From positions 895,566 to 959,565 of the forward strand of contig BCKZ01000004.1 of assembly GCA_001600815.1 (NCBI GenBank): a stretch of 64,000 bases of DNA, in the 5' to 3' direction. Shown one piece after another: positions 61,518 through 64,000 of this stretch. The notes beneath the pieces were generated by a model that made no database searches, was not told the origin of the DNA, and worked only from the letters and a program-made list of their open reading frames with translations. This stretch comes from Alloascoidea hylecoeti. Lineage: Eukaryota. The position numbers were made by a program, and so were the translations under genes. The stretch's first letter is position 1. Each line of letters starts with the position of its first letter.

Positions 61518-63428
61518 ATGAAAAAACACGACGCTCTAAAGAATGCCAGATTACAATCTGTGCAGTCTTCGTTGGTCGCTGCAGTGTTGTCTGACCTTCA
61601 CGGAGAAATAGCAGCTAAGCTGGTCACAACTTTAATGACAAAGGGAAGACTAACTGCTTCTCAATTGGCGAAATATTCAGATATCGATCAGAAAACAGTC
61701 AAACAGGTTCTTGTTGCTCTAGTTCAGAAAAGATTTGTCTTGTATTGGATCGAAGGGGTATCTCCCACTAATTCTAGATCTCAAACTTATTATTACGGAA
61801 ACGCACAAGAAGTCCTTAATATCTTATACACTGGTGATATATTGGAACTAATTTCAACTCTATACCCAAACCCATCTCCAGCTCCTGAAATTGTGAAAAA
61901 CGTATTACTCTATGGATATATAAGACCTAAGGATTACTTGCAAGAGGATGTATCCAATGATTCTGCAACTATGCAGATAAATTCTACTTTTGTCAACTTA
62001 TTACAAGATAAGTTTCTTATACCACTTCTGCCTCATCAATTCTATCCGGTTGAAGAGCTATACTCTCGGGAGTACGAAAAGGCTTTGAAGTCTATTCCAC
62101 AGGGTACCGCTACAAGTGAGGCCAAACGTGTCACAGAAGCAAAAAGCCAGGCTAGAAAATATATTCATGATCTATTAACGGCGACACCAGAAAATCTATA
62201 TACTTCTATGAAGGCAAATGGTAATGACACAAATATCCCCGCTGCCTCTAAACGTGTTAGACGAAATCAACCCCCAGTGTATACCACTGGAGGTAGAGTC
62301 GTTAATCCCGATATGCCTTTACAATTCAATTATAATAAGTTTCATTTACACAATAGGACTCAAGCATTAGTTAAGTTCGCTGCTCAGAGAGTGGGACCTG
62401 TTACTGCAAAGGTCTACGAAGCAGCTCTTGGAATATTGGAGAAAAAGATGACCCACTGCAAAGATCCATTTATCAAAATTGGTGGTATTATTGCTGAACA
62501 AGATGTCGTTAGCAGAATGAGAAGAGATAATGAAGATAATGAGCTTAGTAGTGAACTATCATTCTCGGCATCTGAAGTCATGAACCGCCTAGGGCCAGAA
62601 GTAAATTTACAGAGCACAATTGTCTTAGCTCCTACAAATGGATATAAACGAAGTGGTGAAAACGGTCAAACAAACGATAACAAACGAGCTCGAATTAATA
62701 ATGGAACTGCGTTACCATTTCAACAAATGGACCAAGACGATGATGACGATGACGACGACGACGATGATGACGATAATGGAATGGATAATATGGACGAAGG
62801 CTCTTCAGCGTCTATAGGATTGGTTATGAATCATTTGAAACTTCTGGCAAACAACCCTACACCTTTTTTGAAGGAATCTAAAAGTGGTATATTTTGCGTT
62901 CAATTTTCAAAGTTGATTCCCAAACTCCAAGGATCTACATATGATAAAATTTTACAGAGTTGTTTATCTCCAATAGCAATGCGTATTCTGCGCATAGTTC
63001 GAGAAGAAGGGCTTGTCGACGAAAAACAACTTACAAACGTTGGTCTGGTTAAAAATAAGGACGTTAGATCTGTAACGTTTGAACTTGTTCGTTGGGGTGG
63101 GGTAGAAATTCAAGAAGTTCCAAGGTCTGCAGATAGAAATCCTGCCAGATCCATTTTTTTATTCCGTCATAAGTCTACTGTCGCGTATAGTATTCTAAGT
63201 AATTGTTTATTAAGTACAATGGCAAAAATGTATGAAAGAATATTAGCCGAGAGAAAGGTACTTACTATTCTGCTTACCAAATGTGAAAGAGAAGATATAA
63301 AGGGTAATGAGAACTTGCTAACTAAATATGAGTTGCTTGAACTTCAGAAATTGCAAAAAAAGGAAATAAAACTTTTAGGACAAATCTCAAGAGCAAGAGA
63401 AATCAATGACATTTTTGAAGTATATTAG
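61518..63428 (+). CDS. RPC82: RNA polymerase III subunit C82 (Rpc3)
   Basis: Winged-helix N-terminus (GRLT..LVQ), EIQEVPRSADRNPARSIFLF, poly-Asp insert; synteny with QCR2 and SKI3. Confidence 0.92.
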   Translation: MKKHDALKNARLQSVQSSLVAAVLSDLHGEIAAKLVTTLMTKGRLTASQLAKYSDIDQKTVKQVLVALVQKRFVLYWIEGVSPTNSRSQTYYYGNAQEVLNILYTGDILELISTLYPNPSPAPEIVKNVLLYGYIRPKDYLQEDVSNDSATMQINSTFVNLLQDKFLIPLLPHQFYPVEELYSREYEKALKSIPQGTATSEAKRVTEAKSQARKYIHDLLTATPENLYTSMKANGNDTNIPAASKRVRRNQPPVYTTGGRVVNPDMPLQFNYNKFHLHNRTQALVKFAAQRVGPVTAKVYEAALGILEKKMTHCKDPFIKIGGIIAEQDVVSRMRRDNEDNELSSELSFSASEVMNRLGPEVNLQSTIVLAPTNGYKRSGENGQTNDNKRARINNGTALPFQQMDQDDDDDDDDDDDDDNGMDNMDEGSSASIGLVMNHLKLLANNPTPFLKESKSGIFCVQFSKLIPKLQGSTYDKILQSCLSPIAMRILRIVREEGLVDEKQLTNVGLVKNKDVRSVTFELVRWGGVEIQEVPRSADRNPARSIFLFRHKSTVAYSILSNCLLSTMAKMYERILAERKVLTILLTKCEREDIKGNENLLTKYELLELQKLQKKEIKLLGQISRAREINDIFEVY

Positions 63429-63595
63429 TCTACCTTTTTTCCTTTTGTACATAATATTAATATAATTTTCCAAGCATGTTTACATTTTATCTGAATTTTA
63501 TTTTACTGCAGATATAACTCTGGCTATACCTATTCATATGTGGTGTAGTACTAGAATAATAGGTATATGCAATCAACAATCATCGTGAAGTTTTT

Positions 63596-64000
63596 TTATC
63601 CTTTCACGACCTTCTGAAAACTACTCCACGCATTTTTATTCCAAGGAGCTAGCATTATTGCTCGTTGATTTGCTCCGAATGTTCCTTGATTAACGTATTC
63701 ATCCGCTAGAATATTAGCATCAATATCCTCAGATTCCGATCCAATCTTTAACGCTGTATTAGAATTAATATTTGTCCATGCTTTAAACCTATTTGGCCAC
63801 AGCATTACCGCTCGTAACCATGGTTCCAATTCGTTAGAGCCTAATTTTTTCTTCAAAACCGATAAGAGATACTGAACATTGTTTTCACTATCTGTGTTCA
63901 GCTCCTCTAAAGATAATGATTCTAATTCCTTAGCGCTAGCTTCAATTAAATCGTCATTACCCTCAACAAAACTCAAAGCCCCTAGTAGTAACACCACCGA
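63596..64000 (-). CDS. SKI3: C-terminal end of Ski3 (TPR protein; 5' part outside window)
   Basis: WLRAVMLWPN..W and QRAIMLAPWN..AW tail; convergent with RPC82 as in S. cerevisiae. Confidence 0.65.
   Translation of the reverse strand, partial: SVVLLLGALSFVEGNDDLIEASAKELESLSLEELNTDSENNVQYLLSVLKKKLGSNELEPWLRAVMLWPNRFKAWTNINSNTALKIGSESEDIDANILADEYVNQGTFGANQRAIMLAPWNKNAWSSFQKVVKG

Noticed and set aside
43580..62617. Short antisense or nested ORFs inside NBP1-like, DPB2, HDA3, PRP4, SEC23, GAB1 and RPC82
   Set aside because: Shadows of the real coding frames, mostly with non-ATG starts
1..64000. tRNA or rRNA genes
   Set aside because: No cloverleaf with A/B boxes and no rRNA-like sequence seen by eye; tRNAscan-SE would be decisive

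Overview
AT-rich nuclear DNA from an intron-rich budding yeast (Saccharomycotina; CTG encodes conserved Leu in NMA1 and AOS1, so it is not a CUG-Ser clade species; the species cannot be determined). The left part (~1-33 kb) is gene-sparse and littered with decayed DNA transposons (pogo and Tc1 transposase relics, two MITE copies, many palindromic footprint-like 8-mers). It carries the 3' end of a GPI cell-wall protein, tandem amino-acid permeases, tandem MCR1 paralogs, an FSY1-type fructose symporter, a DUF3605 gene, an LPX1-like hydrolase, a CaaX-ended globin, a candidate H/ACA-like RNA and a 509-aa orphan with a ~22-bp phased TAATTA array upstream. The right part is a mostly compact core block with recognisable S. 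cerevisiae synteny: EAT1-like, YGR016W-like, a 6-exon REC102-like gene missed by the ORF track, IRC19-like, NMA1, YPQ, then NBP1-like, DPB2, BET2, HDA3, PRP4, AOS1, SEC23, GAB1, SMX3, QCR2, RPC82 and SKI3. Spliced gene models were reconstructed by hand from GT/GC-AG signals, and homology calls are from recalled sequence motifs, not database searches.
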